The notes: generated from the letters alone by a model not told the origin. DNA of 64,000 nt from Haplodiscus bocki (GCA_965655095.1 OZ296657.1:27404001-27468000); one strand, 5' to 3'. Positions 12,751-26,299 are shown, counted from the stretch's first letter. Numbers and translations are program-made.

Positions 12751-14549
12751 CTACCTTTCTGTTCTAAAAAAGATACCTTTTCTCTTTGCAAGTATAGAAA
12801 TTACGCATGCACAAAAAAAGTCTCCTAGAACGCAAAAATTTATCCCAAATTTAACGTTTTAGAAATTGAAGATGATTGTACTGTTTTATTAAAAAGTACG
12901 ATCGGGAGCAAAAACTCTAAGGCTGAGCAAAAATCAGGATTGCTTCAAATCACTATAACACCCGCTTTAGCCGAAACATTCACAGATGAAACATGTCAGC
13001 TCAAACAGTTTAAGTTCTTCCTTTGAGACAGCAATCACACAAAAAAATCAACTGAAAGATTGTATAAGACAAAATTGAGAAAAATTTTGAAACAACAAAA
13101 CCACTGTGAAGTTTAATGATTTTAGATTGGAAGTAGATTTTTACAATTGGATCGTAAGCAGATTTTCTATGTTAATATGAAATAATTTCTTCTGCTGCAA
13201 CTGGAAAATTCTGAAGAAAGACTATTCGAAACAAAACCAATAGCAAACGGCTGTTCTTTGTTTGCCTCAGACAGAGTTTATTCACACGGAAGTACTTCGG
13301 ACAAAAAGTTTTCAAACAATTGTCTTTCGGGGTAAAAATTTTTGCTGTAGAACCGTAAGCGCTCACTTTAGAGAAAGAGGTTTCTAACTATGGCAAATTA
13401 GATTAACCTGTCGAAGTAACTCGCACCCTTTAGGCGTAATTCCTTGGAACCACCTCATTTTGGATATATGGTGGTGATTTCTGTAATGAAATCAAAGTCG
13501 AAGGATATGCAAATGCAGGAACGATAAATGAAGGATTCATAGCGGAAGGCACTTCCCAGTAGAATAGTAGGGAAAACTACATATCACAACCATCTGAGAG
13601 GTGTTCACGGCGGTGCAGCTTTTGTTGAATGCACTCCTGATTCTGAAGAAGTTCTCAACTTTTATTGCTATGTTGTTCGATAACTTCCTATTTTTCGACT
13701 ATGATTTCCTTCTGAAGGATTTAATTTCTCCATCCCCTGAATAACGATCTCTTGAACCTCATGAAAGTCCCAAAACATTGGAATCTAAGGTTAGTCTTGG
13801 AGTAGTTTTATTGTATTTTTTATCTAATTTTAGACTTTACCCTCATAAAAAATCTTCTTCAAAATATCTTCACCGCAACTTCCTTTTTAAGCGTTTTGTC
13901 AGGGAAATTCCTCTTCTGGACAAAATTTGACTTCCCCCTATGAAAAAATTTTGAAAAAAAAATACAGTGAAACCTCTATCCTGGAAAGTGGAAGAATCTT
14001 GGTCAACCTTGAATCAAGATTTTCGGAAAAGCAAGATCTAATGCGAACAAATTTAGCAGTTCAGCAGAAAGTACCCAAAATGGTCAAAGAGTTAAACTTG
14101 CTCTGTTTAAAAAAGGATATCTTACAGTTTGCTGAAACAGTTGAATCGTTCGCAGAAAGGACCAAAATTTTTTTATAAAAACAACCCCCCTTTACTCTTC
14201 TATTTTGCTAGGTTATGCAAGAAGATCAGCTTTTCAAAACTCAAGTCCATTCAGTTTTTCTAAAAACGAAGATTGTTCTTTCTATTCGCTGTTACAGAGA
14301 ATGATAAGAGGGCATTTCAAGTGTCAGGACGGATCGCCGCTCAGATAAAAACTCCACAGGATTTTTTCCAAAAATATCTTCTAAAGTAAGGATTGATATA
14401 GGGAATCTTTCTGTAAAAATTTGTGTTTGGATGCCATAGTATGTATTAATAGGCAATGAGTTAGTATCTTCCCAGCGGTGACTTTACGAAATTAGATCTC
14501 TAGGCGGTATATTCGGAAGAAAGTCTTCTGGGAGGAAAAAGAAGCTAAA

Positions 14550-15250
14550 TCCAAGCTCTACGACAACAGTGAGTTGGTGTTTTTTGTAAATTAAGATCTA
14601 GAATACCGAGCCCAGAAAAAGATAACGAATGTTTTATCCTTTTGCCATGGATCCAAAACGAACTGAGTTGATCAATTCAGTAATTTTATGAATCAGGTTA
14701 AGCAAACCGAAACTAAACCCACAGAAGAATTCCTTTTTGAATTTGAGAACAAGATTAAACATCTCACACGTTACGGAAACCTCAATCGCTGTGTGGAACT
14801 TGGATGCACGTCTCAAACCTGTATGCTTTTGCCACCCTCACCCATTGTCCACTGTTAACAATTATAATGGTTCCAATAGAATGACGATAAGACCTTCAAA
14901 AACAGATTTCGAAAAGAATTCTATAACTTGGTGCACAATGATTCGTTTCGAAGAAACAACTAAGAAAGTAAGAAAAAAATGTAATCTGTACTTTATCCCC
15001 CCTACAGATGTATGCATAAGGCTAGAAGTCTGCTTTAAAATAGGCTTTGATGGAACTATTGTTTGTAATGAAGATTTTGATTTCGATGGAAATTCTCGGG
15101 AGAAAAAAAATAGTTGGACCTAATTACTTAGACTAAGCAGTTCTAGAACTCACAAACTTCATAAAGTTTTTTGTTTTGGGAAAAATTCATCCCCAATTTC
15201 AAGAACAAAAAATAGGATTACATCCCATGCGTAAAGATCCAATTATACTC
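14550..15250 (+). pseudogene. Second packaging-ATPase remnant (element B)
   Basis: ORF 14737-15123 contains 'MIRFEETTKKVRKKCNLYFIP...KIGFDG..NEDF' (cf. QSYF.xPKxIRxNxN..ILF...DI...DM..EF). Confidence 0.3.
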
Positions 15251-16059
15251 AGCGTCCACTTAGAAATTTTAACCATGACATGGATAATTTTGAAGACTTC
15301 GATTTTCAGGTAATAAATACGAAGCGCAACTTGTAAACACCAGTCAAAATTTTTTAGAAGTAAGATTAAAACTGAAGCAAAACATGTTCTGACTGATGTA
15401 GAGTGGCCGTTTTGAGAACAAATTTTTCTCCCAATTCAAACAAAGAAATCCCGAAATCAGAAAAAAAACAAGTTTTCAACAACTCCACTTTTTGCCAAGA
15501 ATTTCAAAAGTCTTTTTGAGAAACCCAAGCAGCAAGTCTTTTCTCAGAAGATAAAGAAGCAACCCGTGGCTGTTCAAGTTAAGCCAACGTTGGCCTTGAA
15601 TCATTTTGTAGAAACCCTCCGGCTGAGCAACATCTTAAGTACCAAGGTAAACTTTGGGAGACCCATCTCCGAAAGGAACACTGTAGAGTCAAGCTTTTTA
15701 AATAATTTCGGAAAGATTAGTGAGTTAATTACTCAAATTCAGTCAGGAATTTTATTTCAACAATATTGCACATTTCAAAAAAACATGTCTCAGCATTTAA
15801 CACAAAGAAAAAGAAGTTTTTATAGTTGAAAGTTAAAAAGAGGTCTTTGAAACAATTATCAAATTCTTTTTTACACTAAAGAAAATATCATCAAGTAGGG
15901 ATTTTTCTAAAACCCTTGATTTTTTACAAAAAATTTTTCTTCAGAAAGAATTTTTTAGACTGTTTGTTTCTTCAGAAAACACATTCGAAATTTTACAGAA
16001 GGAAAAAATTGTTTCGAATTCATGAGTGAGTTTTTTTTCATTTGTGTTTGTATCTGAGG

Positions 16060-16950
16060 GAGGGAGTCAGGTTCAGTCAAGTGGCCGAACACCACAAACA
16101 ATGACACTAAAAAGTAGGTCTGATAGGTCCAGTGCGAGAGCTATTTAGTAAATTGAGAAAATATGAATTCCAAAATAATGCGTGGTGAGAATATAGGATC
16201 CTTCTGATATGATATGTCAAAACCATAAAAATCGTATTTGATTCTGAATGACAGAATTTCAGAAGAAGTTTTTAGTGTGTACAAACGAAAAAGACGTCTT
16301 CACTTGAGAGTCAGCTATATGATAAGCATCCCTATCGTAGTTACAAAAAAAATTAAATAATGTGATCACTGTCACATCCTATTCTACACACCCCACCACA
16401 CACAGTGTGTTGACAAAAAAGCCTGTTGTGTTTGAGATTCACATCTATTTTTCTTCAAAAATCCAACCGCAAACAAGGAGAAAAGCGAATCCGAGGCGTT
16501 GACACCTTCAAAGACTCAGGTCTTTTTCCAATCACTTATTCCTACAATACTGTACTTTTATAAGAAGTTAACTCGGTTCCAGTTTTGATAAGCATCTGAT
16601 CAGCAACTACTTGTTGATTTTCCAAAGTGGGCATGAAATGAGTTAGAAAACAGGATGCATTTTCGGACAGTTTTTCAACATTTGCAATTGCTATGAGAAC
16701 AACATCATTGTTGAAAGTAGCATCATCATAAACTGATCTGTGAAAGGAATTTTTCGTTTTCAATTTTGTGGGGTGACGTTTCCAGCGTTTTGTCTGTTTG
16801 AGCAACAAACCTGGACATCAGTGCTCTTGTTCCAGCACACCTTGTTAGTGTTTCACGCCTTCGGCTTACGATGTGTAGAATTGTCTACAAGTAACTTTTT
16901 CACAAGTGATATGGCATTGCCATTAGCTCGCAGAGTACATGGTCAATTAA
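16060..16950 (-). pseudogene. Major-capsid-like (double jelly-roll) remnant (element B)
   Basis: 'SLVKKLLVDN', 'HFMPTLENQ' (cf. xPxxIPSxETQ) and the open stretch 'IKYDFYGFDISYQKDPIFSPRIILEFIFS' (~16240-16155; cf. YxLYVFDIxYQK....PIxVEFxF). Confidence 0.5.
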
Positions 16951-18547
16951 ATTAAATAAATTTAAGAACATTAAAATCAACAAGCAAAGAACTTCATCGT
17001 ATACTAAAATAAGTGTTCTCGCTTGGTACATTATATTGGAAATTTGTGTTTGCAGCGTTTAATGTAGCCAAAAAACAAGGTGATTTTCTTGAAAAGTTTA
17101 AATTTCAGTTGGCCTTTGATGAATTGTTTTTGCTTTTTCATAAAACATATTTACGAAAAATTTTTGCAAATAGAAAGACAAAATTCGGAAACTGTTTAAA
17201 AAGTATTTTTTTCTCGAAGTGTTTCTCATAAAGATGGACCCTTCACCTTTATCTCCTTCTGATAAATTTGAGAGGCTGCTACTAGAAGTAACATAAGGCT
17301 CTGGAAAATCAGAAGGGGAAAGCTTTACAAAAACTCAAACAACGAGATTTCTAGGGCAAACGAACCCTGTTCTAAGTTTAGTGTTGTTCTTCCGTTATAA
17401 TTGGGAACTGAAATTGGATAAAGGCAATCACTAGTCCGAATTAATAGAAAACTGCCTATAACAAAACTGAAAGTAATAATTCTTTCCCAACAGATGTGGA
17501 TTCACAGATATTGGCTAGAACATTCGACACTGAATCAAGATCCAACTATACATAAAACAAAAGGCAATCCATATATGCAAAACCGGACGACGCATTCATG
17601 TCAGTATGAAACAGCATGCACTGAGAGTAATACTTCTTCCAATGACGAAAATATTCAAAATGCATTTGATCTGAACAAAATAGAATGAACACGATATTAA
17701 GTCAGTTTGCAGAATTATAAACGCTTAAACGTCATCCTTTCAATAAAAAAATTTCTTGACATAGAGCTACCATCAGGAGTATACGAGTTTAACAGACCTA
17801 TATCTAACAAATGAAAATTTCGAGGCAGAGTTTTTTGAAAAGCTCAAAAAGTTTTTGTTAAAACGCTCCTATCCAGATTTGTATCCAAGCGGAAACAACT
17901 CCTTTGCGTTCTGTCGTAGCAACAACAAAGTTGGGTCTTTTCCGTTTCTTCCACCCCAGCGGATTATTTCCCCCCCCCCCAGTCGAAGCTGTAGCTGCTG
18001 CTAGCAGTGTACAAGTATTTATTCACTGAATACGTCTTTCGCGAGTCAGTAGACAGTGCACACAATTCACAAATCTCAAGTACCTTCCAAGAAGCTGACT
18101 GCTTGCTGAAGATAGTTAAAATAAACAAATAGGTATTTGCAATAACTCTATTACGCAGAAACTTGAACCATACTGCTCAGACACCCGGAAAAACTGCTAG
18201 CAGCAGAAATGGGCAGAATAGGCAGAATTGAGGTTCAAAAGCAGAAAACGATTTTTTAGAGCAGAATAGCGGCAGAATTGAAATTTTCCAGATTATGTTT
18301 GCATGTTATAGAAAATTTTAATTAAAATACGATGTATGCGCATCAAAATCAAGATTGGAGCTTGTTGACTAAGCGGTAAGTACTTAGGCAAACACTTCAG
18401 GCGTAGGCAGTACACAGAACAGGTCCTGCTCTGCAATTTACATGCACGATATTCTTGCTATTGAATTATTCCTGCAATCCTGCTCTTTATTATTTCCTAT
18501 TCCTTTCCTACCAGTGTTAAAATATTTCTATCCTCTCGTATTGAAAA

Positions 18548-18799
18548 ATGCCCAAGGTTACCGGGAATATTACAGTTTCATCTCGAGTAAACGAGCACCC
18601 GACTATATTTTACGAAGACGATGGCCTGCTTTTCTGTAAGTTCTGCTGTCATTCGGTCGATTTGAAATCTTCCACCATCAAAGATCATTTGCAGATTAAA
18701 AGTCACAAGAACAAGCGCGAAGTACAAGAAGCTACGTCGGCACCAGTTTTGAGGCAGGTGACCCTTACGACGGTGCAGAAAAGCCAGGAAAGCCGTTAG
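18548..18799 (+). pseudogene. hAT transposase N-terminus with CGGBP1/BED-like C2H2 zinc finger
   Basis: MPKV...RVNEHP..FYEDDGLLFCKFCCHSVD..SSTIKDHLQIKSHK contains CxxC...H....H. The frame ends at the deletion junction. Confidence 0.8.
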
Positions 18800-18800
18800 C

Positions 18801-19310
18801 CGAATCGAGGCCATATTATCCGAAGCCAATTTAGCAAATCGGAGTCTGGCAGATTGCCTAATTATATATCAAAGTGCGTTTAAAATAGCGTCTGAGAAAT
18901 TTAATAAGCATGTTGACAACCAGAAACCAGCGCTAAACTTCTTCAAAAGCGCAAGAATTTTTGAAATTCGCCAGAAAGCAAGTCTCAGTCGGAATATTGT
19001 TGACTATCTTAATATTCCTGGGTTTTCTTCCAATATCGAGTTCCTGAACGAGTGGGTTATTTATATGAATGCAGTATACCCCTTAGAAAACTTTGAAGTT
19101 GACAAATTTTGGGAGGGGAAGAAGAATGAACTGCCACTGATGTGGAAGGCTTCACGAAGCCTGTGGGCACCCGCCTCCGCAGCCGACGTGGAGAGAAGTT
19201 TTAGTATTTTAACAATCCTTGATTCACCAAAACGAGCAAATTTATCTAAAGAAGCCTTGAAAAACCTTCTTTATTGTTATTTTAACAGCGATTTTATAAA
19301 ATTTGAATGA
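18801..19310 (+). pseudogene. hAT transposase C-terminus (dimerisation domain)
   Basis: Frame open from at least 18801 to the TGA ending at 19310: '...FFKSARIF...FWEGKKNELP...APASAADVERSFS...KRANLS'. This is the hATC signature. Confidence 0.85.
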
Positions 19311-21202
19311 AGTTTTCAATTAAACTTGCAATTTACCCACGTTTTGCCTAAAGAGCAGAAATAAGCGGAATTGAGGAATTTAACGAGCAGAATTTAATTT
19401 TTTTGGCGGCAGAAATTCCGGGTGTCTGATACTGCTCAGCTGAGCATATCAGCTAGGAGAGGAATAATAATTTTGTCAGTAGGGCTGGGGGGGGGGGGGA
19501 GAAACGGAAAAGACCCACAAAGTTAATAGCAATCATTTCTATTCTGAATCAGTTGCTGAAACTCAATGAGAACAATTGCACCGCAGGAGAACACACACCA
19601 GATAAAAATATCACTGTTACAACCCTAAACAAAGGAGATCTGGAAAGCGACTTTATGGCTGGATGGAGTGTCATTGATGTAAGGGAATAAGTTTTACTTA
19701 GTTTCTTTTTTGGTTGCTGCCAAATTGGTCCAAGAATCTAAAAGGACCAATACACCCAAACTGGAAACAGTTCAACCTTATCCTGAAGATGATGATCATG
19801 TTTCTGTTGAATTCACCTAGAAAACTCTTTCATTTACTGTTCAATTCAAAAGAACATGTAACTTTTGACTTGAAAAAAGTCATAGTCTTTGAATACTGTC
19901 AATGAATTTTCTTCTGAAGAAAATCAAATTTATTCGTAGGTGTAAGCTAAGCTTGTCTGAGCCTCGTTGAAACTAAAATGAAAGACTTTCTTTTCTGTTT
20001 TCAAAAACTGGACACATAATTTTTCGTGTTGGTGCAGAACAAAAATCTGCAAAGTCAAATGCAACCAACAATTCTTCTAATACTGAACAAAATGTTAAGG
20101 AAAAACTTTCACAGAAGGAAAGGTACACTCTAATAGTGGTAAAAATCCGACATCGTTCCTGATGAAACAAGACAAGCAAAATGGATTTTGTGATGCTGGA
20201 AGAACTCTAGAACTGACTGCAAACCTGCGAACGGTCGCAGCAACAAAAACATCACCGTTGATTTGCTTCAACACCATATTTGCACCCGAAGTTATTAAAA
20301 TTCAGCTGGAAAGCAAAGTCTGCACTTCAAAACAGTTCTCTGAATTCTCTTTCAACAAGAGTTCCTTTTGAAAAGTTTTGAATTCCTTGATATTTTTTTC
20401 TTTCCACCCCTTTTGTTAAATTTTTTCGTTTTAAAAACCTGAAAAAAAGAAACTGCGTTGTTTGTTATTGAGTCAGCCATTGTTTAGGAGAAACTAAACA
20501 ATATTCTTCCAGGCGAAGGAACTTAGGAGACAGAAAAAAGTGAAGGAAATATTGGGAACACAAGATTTTCACTGAAATAGGAAAAAAGTATTCGAACTTG
20601 TGACAAATTTATAATCAGAGGCAGGGAGAAATTATCCACCAAAAACAATTCCACTCAGACCAACCTATAGCAGTACAACTTGAAGAACAGAAATGAATCT
20701 AGTTTGTAGAAAGTTTAAGGCAAGCTTTTCAAGATTTTGATTGGGTGAGCAAAGACAATGAAAAACTTTTTTAAGTTTTTTATGGCCTAGTTAGCACATA
20801 TAACTGATCGGTTGTTAAAATATAGGATTTGTTGCACAAGAACTCAGTACACCAAGTCAATTTCAAAATACGACCTCTGAGTTCGGAAACTCAATCATTT
20901 TTATCCTTTATTTCCAGAAAACTCGCAAACACTTGAAATAGAAAGCCTACCAATGGAGTCTCTAAACGCCGGTATTTAAAATTAGTCGATTGACCCCGAT
21001 TTGAAGACACTTTTGACTATTTCAGAAACCGTAAGAAAAGAATTGGAAAACTAGTGTCCAGGTCACTGTTTCGTAGATGATAAGAAATACGATATTAACG
21101 CACAAGGAACGGACAAATCATTTTCGCGCAAAAACTTATTTCTGCTGACCAAAAATGAAAAACACAGAGAGAAACAAGGAATACTGGCACTAACATAAAA
21201 GT

Positions 21203-21490
21203 TTGTTTCTAAATGTCCAACTAGAGACCAAATTTCATCTCGAACAAAACGCGGCTGGCCAAATCTTGGCTGCTCAAGAACTGGGTTGTCAGAATGGATC
21301 GTCGTTCTGTTTAATTCTATCTAATCCCAAAGATCGTGTTGATCGTCTACAGTTGTTGTTTCAGGAACTGTTGGTTGGCATTGATATCTAACTGCAGAAA
21401 AAAGAGGTAACGGAAACTGCTTCAAAAAAGGTGGAGCACGAAAGTAACATGGAAGAACACCACAAAGATTTGTTTCACAAATTGATCGCC
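21203..21490 (+). pseudogene. Conserved Polinton ORF C-terminus (DPNELxDRLxLL...AGN family)
   Basis: 'LSNPKDRVDRLQLLFQELLVGIDI*LQKKEVTETASKKVEHES' reads through one stop and matches the recalled DPNELxDRLxLLxxExxAGN...EIxxIxxxLxE pattern. Confidence 0.6.
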
Positions 21491-23139
21491 TGCATTAGTG
21501 GAAACTTTAAATTTTTTGCTGGATTTACTGCTTGATGTAGAAATATCGCCTGATTCATCTTCCTATCGGTCTAAGGTCAGATAGTTACACTTCCCTTTGC
21601 ATGCATCTCTACATGATTCATTATACTCATAATCATTCATACCTGAATTTCCACTGTCTACTTGAATGCTTTCCACATCCTTTAGTGTTTGCTGAAACAA
21701 TTAAATTTTGTTACTTGTAAAATTCTTTTCTGTCTTCGCAAGATTAGATAATGATTGAATTAAATAAGGAACACCTATATTTTTAAGTTCTCCGCGGTCT
21801 TGTTGCAACAAATTTGTCTGGAAGTTTTTGGAGGTTTTTTCTAACACCTTTTGATATGTGTACAAATCATTTCTTAACGACAACAGAACAAAATTCAAAA
21901 ATTATTTTTTCAAACAAACAAATCTTACGTTTGTTGTACACTCAATCCTATCGGCTGTAGAGAAAACAACTTGTCAGTTCATTTCGATAGATAACACCTT
22001 CACAAATTTAAAAAATCCGCAAGTAAAAAATTCGTGTATTAGCGTATACATTTGGTTTGTTTTTTCTGGGAACACTACTAAAAAAAAGTGTTTTTAGTTT
22101 TTCAAAAAAAATTGAAGGTTTTTAATTCCAGTGATCTAATTTATTTCAGAAATATAAAATGTTAAGAATAAATTTTTTAACCTTTCGTTTTTATTGTCTT
22201 TTCGTGACTCTGTTGTAATGTCACTTTTTGTTAAGAACTTTTCCCATAAAGAAATGCACTAAAAAAAGAAAATGAAAAATAAATCACATAATTTTTGAAT
22301 TTTTTTGTGTTTGGCAGGTGATCAGACGGTGTAAAATTCGCAACTTCAGAAAAAAAACAATACACCTAATAAAAAAAGGAAATGATTGAAAAACAGAAAA
22401 GATTAGAAGACTAAACAAAAAATGTTGCTGGGAAAAATGATTTACTGGGAAAAAATTTTGAAATTGTTTTTCTGAGGATAATAAATTTGAAAATCAAAAG
22501 TACTTATGCGGAGAGAACTTTTATCGTAAAAGTTTTTCTTCAATTTTTGTTGATCATACCCAAAAATTCATTCGTGAATTCCAGAACAAAGTTTTTCAGT
22601 ACTGTGATTTTTATTGTTATTGCCGTCTGAATAAAATCTTTCTTCTGATGCGTTTATTTTCCAATTGAAGTCCAAACAAAAAGAGACATTCGTTCTAGCT
22701 GTTTCTATATTCTAATCACACATCTTTTGTTACGAGTCTTTGATCTGATTGAACAACGCAACTAGAGAAATAAAATCCAATCTAGTATGTTGAGTTGAAG
22801 TGAGGTCAGATCGAGTATCAAAGCGGTAGTTTTGAATGAAATTTTGCAGCTTTGCTTTGCTTTTACTCTGACTTCTAAGATAATGCTTTGTGGAAGTTAT
22901 TCCTGTGTTTTCTTTCTGAGCAACTTTTAGGTTTTTTCAAGTCTTGAACTATAAGAAATTTCGAAACTCAGCGATTTCGCTGCCCTGGTACTGGGTACCA
23001 CAACTTTAGCATAAGGAGGCCGACAATTTAAACTTTGTGTTTTTGTTCTGACCTTTTGTAGATAATATTCAACATTTCTCTTTAGTTCTATATAAGCAAC
23101 AGCAACATTTACTCCAGCTGTTTTGTCCGAGATGTTGTC

Positions 23140-25500
23140 TTTGTTTGTTTCGTCGAAAAGGGATATCCGAACGATTCTTTCTGAAAGTAATTCCCTAGGA
23201 TCTCGATCGAAAACGATGAGCCTCGAGTTGCAGAGTTCCTTTAGAAAATGCTTCATGAAGAAGTTTCTCTCATACCTATTCCAACAAAAAACTTTTAGAA
23301 AAATTTACTTCAGCCTAACTTAACGGCTTCAACACTTTTCTCTCGTAGAAGTTGATGACATTTGAATGCGTTGAAAGATGTAAAGTGTTTCGCTGAAAAG
23401 TTTGTTTTTGTAATAGAGTAAACAAATCCAAGATACAACTCGTACACCATAACATGAACAACAAGCATCAAAAATTTAAATACAAAACTATCATTGAAGA
23501 ATTTCACCTTAATCATCACTCCTATAGTTTAGAAAACAAAACTTCAAATTCGGGCTAGATTTTTGTGTTTTAATTGTTCCAGAGAAGTAAATGATTTTTA
23601 GGGGACCACATGGAGGCTCTGTTTAGTGGGAAGACAAGAAAATTCCGACCTCAAGAGCTCAAAAGTAATTGAACTTTTTCTCGTGTCAAAGTTTTAACGC
23701 ACTATAAGTATGAAAACAATCAAATACAGTGATTGACGGAAATTCTCTGAGTAAAAATCAATAACATCCGCAAACTTAGTTTCACATCAGTTGGTACGCG
23801 AAATAATTACGCATAGGGTATCCCCTCAAAGATAAATAAAGAGCAACAATCAGAGACGTCTTTGAAGACCGTGAAATAAATAGAAAACGGAGTCCAGATG
23901 AAGTTTGTTCCGAATGAAATAAACTATTTTTATCGATTTTTTCCAAGGTTTCCAAAAGAAGAAAGTATTCAACTGCATTTTACTCACCGTGGTCTTCGAA
24001 TTGTTTTCTTGAACTTCATTTGCACTTCAACAGGGAACCAATCTGCATACAGAGAAAAAGAAACTGGTTACATCATCGTTGAATTGGTTCGAGTGTTTTA
24101 CTAGTAAAAATCTTTCCTTAAAGAAATTGCGCCCTTCTGGAAAATCACGAACGAAAAACTTACAATTTATGAAGGGAAAAACCAAAAAGAAGAAAAAAAA
24201 GAAATTATCTTCATTTCTCTAGAGGCAATTTCTCGGGAATTTCTGAAAGAAAATACTATTCTGGTGAAATTGTCAGGTTTTTGATAAAATATGTTCTTAC
24301 AAAAAGAGATTTTCAACAAATTGGAAGAAAATACTTAAAGGCAAAACATAAACACCTCAATATCTTATTATTATTTCTTCGGTATAGAAAGAAAGGGTTG
24401 TTTTTTTAAAAAAATTGTTACTAGAAAGATTTCTTAAGAGTTTTTATGATGTTGATTCAGACGACACAGCAAAGAATGTATAGTATTTGTTTTGACTAAT
24501 TGGTGTCAAAGGATGTCGTCATAAACATTTAAAACCATTGACGGATGTAGATGGTTTTATGGTCAGTTTTCTTCTATTTTTCTGCTGTAATTTCTGTTGT
24601 TCTCTAATTTCTTTACTTTTGTTTCCACTTGTGTTAAGCCTGGTTTTGTCCAGCCAGCTTTAGTTTTTTCAAATGTATACGTTATTCCATACGATTTGAT
24701 TTTTCTTCTAGAAGTGTTTTTTACAAACTTCTTTTTTTAACAGAATATATTCACAACTGCTCTTTGGAAACGATCGAGCACTGATAATTGAAGTATTTGT
24801 TTAAAGTATAAATCGCGTAGGTCGCTTTCATTTTGAGTTTATTTTTGTGAATGTGAACATGTTTTTAGGTTCGGTTTTGAATTGATTACAAGATTTAACT
24901 AGTGCTCAACATCCGTAAGAATCTAGGTAATAGAGGTTTGTGTATAAATCCCATGGTAATCTTTCTGTTGGATGTGGAGTTAAAATTTCTCAGTTTGGAG
25001 AAAAAATGCCATCACCTAATAAAATCAACATGGGATATCAAGTTAACCTAATACCTCTTGTACTTTCAACTTTGTGATACCATGCTTTTCAATTGTGTTT
25101 ACCCAAAAAACTTTTCGGAAGTCAAAAAATTTCTAAGTTTGGTAATGTGAAAAACATTTGTTTCCACATATGCTTCACTCTATTCACAAGTGCCTTAAGT
25201 CACAAACAATTTGCCCCCATCTGTATGTTCCAACGCTGACTATTGACCAAAAAATTGTATCAAATAAAACTCTGTCTTGGTTTTTACTCAGCCTTTTTGC
25301 TTCAGTCTGCTTGGAATTTCAGCATATGTGCTTCGACTTGTCCTATCTTACAACACTCTAGTGGAAAAGCTTTAAACAAATTTTGCATTCCATTACTTTC
25401 ATTCTGTTGATTGAATTTTGAGTCATAAACGATGCAATCACTGTAGACTATAATTCTTTTTTCCACGATCAAAAAATCCCTCTCCAACATAGATTAAATT
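23140..25500 (-). pseudogene. Protein-primed DNA polymerase B remnant (element B)
   Basis: Colinear pieces 'IIVYSDC' (cf. ExoI IYADFE), 'LYYLDSYGC*ALVKS' (cf. FIDSxxF..SL..LV), 'LCFAFKYFLP' (cf. motif A LYxxAM..LP) and 'RISLFDE' (cf. LSxFDDKR) near the C-terminus. Many stops. Confidence 0.5.
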
Positions 25501-26299
25501 CTTTCACGAAGATATCAACATCTTTGTGTGACAAATAAACTTCTTTTGAGAACAATTTTTTCCGTGACATTCCAAGTTTTTGCTTCTCTTATCTCTCTTT
25601 TTTTAATCATGAACTTCATTAAAACGTTGAAAATCAATTTTTGGGCTTGGCGTCATTACCAGATTGTAGTAACGACAATTAGTTCAATTGGTTCCTGCTG
25701 TTCAAACATCTTCGATAGCTAATCATCCGCAGACCCTTGGCATAGAAGATAATGAAACTGAATTGTAAAATTTTGATTCTTTTGTCATCTTACTGCAGCC
25801 GGAACTGAAGGAAATCGACTCATACCTGGAAAAAGGTGTTCGAACATAGAGAAACGCCCGTCACAATTCCCCTGAAATTTCACGAGAAAAACGAAAACGG
25901 CGTAGGAAAATCTAACCACTTACCACTCCCTCCCCTCTCTGGCAACAACGAGTTGATTCTGATCAAATGTACGTAGCCGGAATACGACTTCTTCCAAAAA
26001 CGTGAAAGTGCTCTCAAAATTTTCCACCAATCTCAAAAAAACGAAAATTTCACAGCTTCTCCAAAAGCAAACTTCCAACCGAGGTGTCAAACCCAAGAAA
26101 AATTTTCCTGGCATCCCATTGGAGGAAAAAGCAAACTGCTGCGTTCGTGGAGGGAACCATTCGATGATCAACGATATAAAGCGAAAAAGATGGTACTTTT
26201 CTCTAGGATGATAAGTACATTTTGAACCTGTTAAGCAACTCGTCAATGGTCATTCAGACTGGAAATTCGAGAGAACTCTCCACGAAGGCAAAAGTCATT

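Larger units (their letters stand above)
18178..19428 (+). mobile_element. Internally deleted hAT-superfamily DNA transposon (CGGBP1-like)
   Basis: 13-bp TIR CAGACACCCGGAA / TTCCGGGTGTCTG. Perfect 8-bp TSD ATACTGCT (18170-18177 and 19429-19436). Subterminal GCAGAA repeats and transposase fragments inside. Confidence 0.93.
17933..19516. mobile_element. Non-autonomous TIR element (MITE, ~325 bp once the nested hAT is removed); possibly Merlin- or hAT-class
   Basis: TIR GGGTCTTTTCCGTTTCT / AGAAACGGAAAAGACCC. Perfect 8-bp TSD ACAAAGTT (17925-17932 and 19517-19524). Related copy at 48606-48794. Confidence 0.88.
17700..19860 (+). pseudogene. Penton/minor-capsid-like gene remnant split by nested DNA transposons
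   Basis: 'IELPSGVYEF' (17761) lies before the insertion. After it come 'TPDKNITVTTLNKGDLESDFMAGWSVIDVRE*VLLSF' and 'YPEDDDHVSVEFT*KTLSFTVQF' (cf. NKxHLKCDxIxGSxVNGxRxxILYSF...YLEDDDxxxVDFNxETxxFT). Confidence 0.6.

Noticed and set aside
1-26200. Intact or active Polinton, or an alternative genetic code explaining the stops
   Set aside because: All three stop types and many frameshifts occur, catalytic motifs are mutated, and no terminal inverted repeats were found. The host gene reads normally in the standard code.
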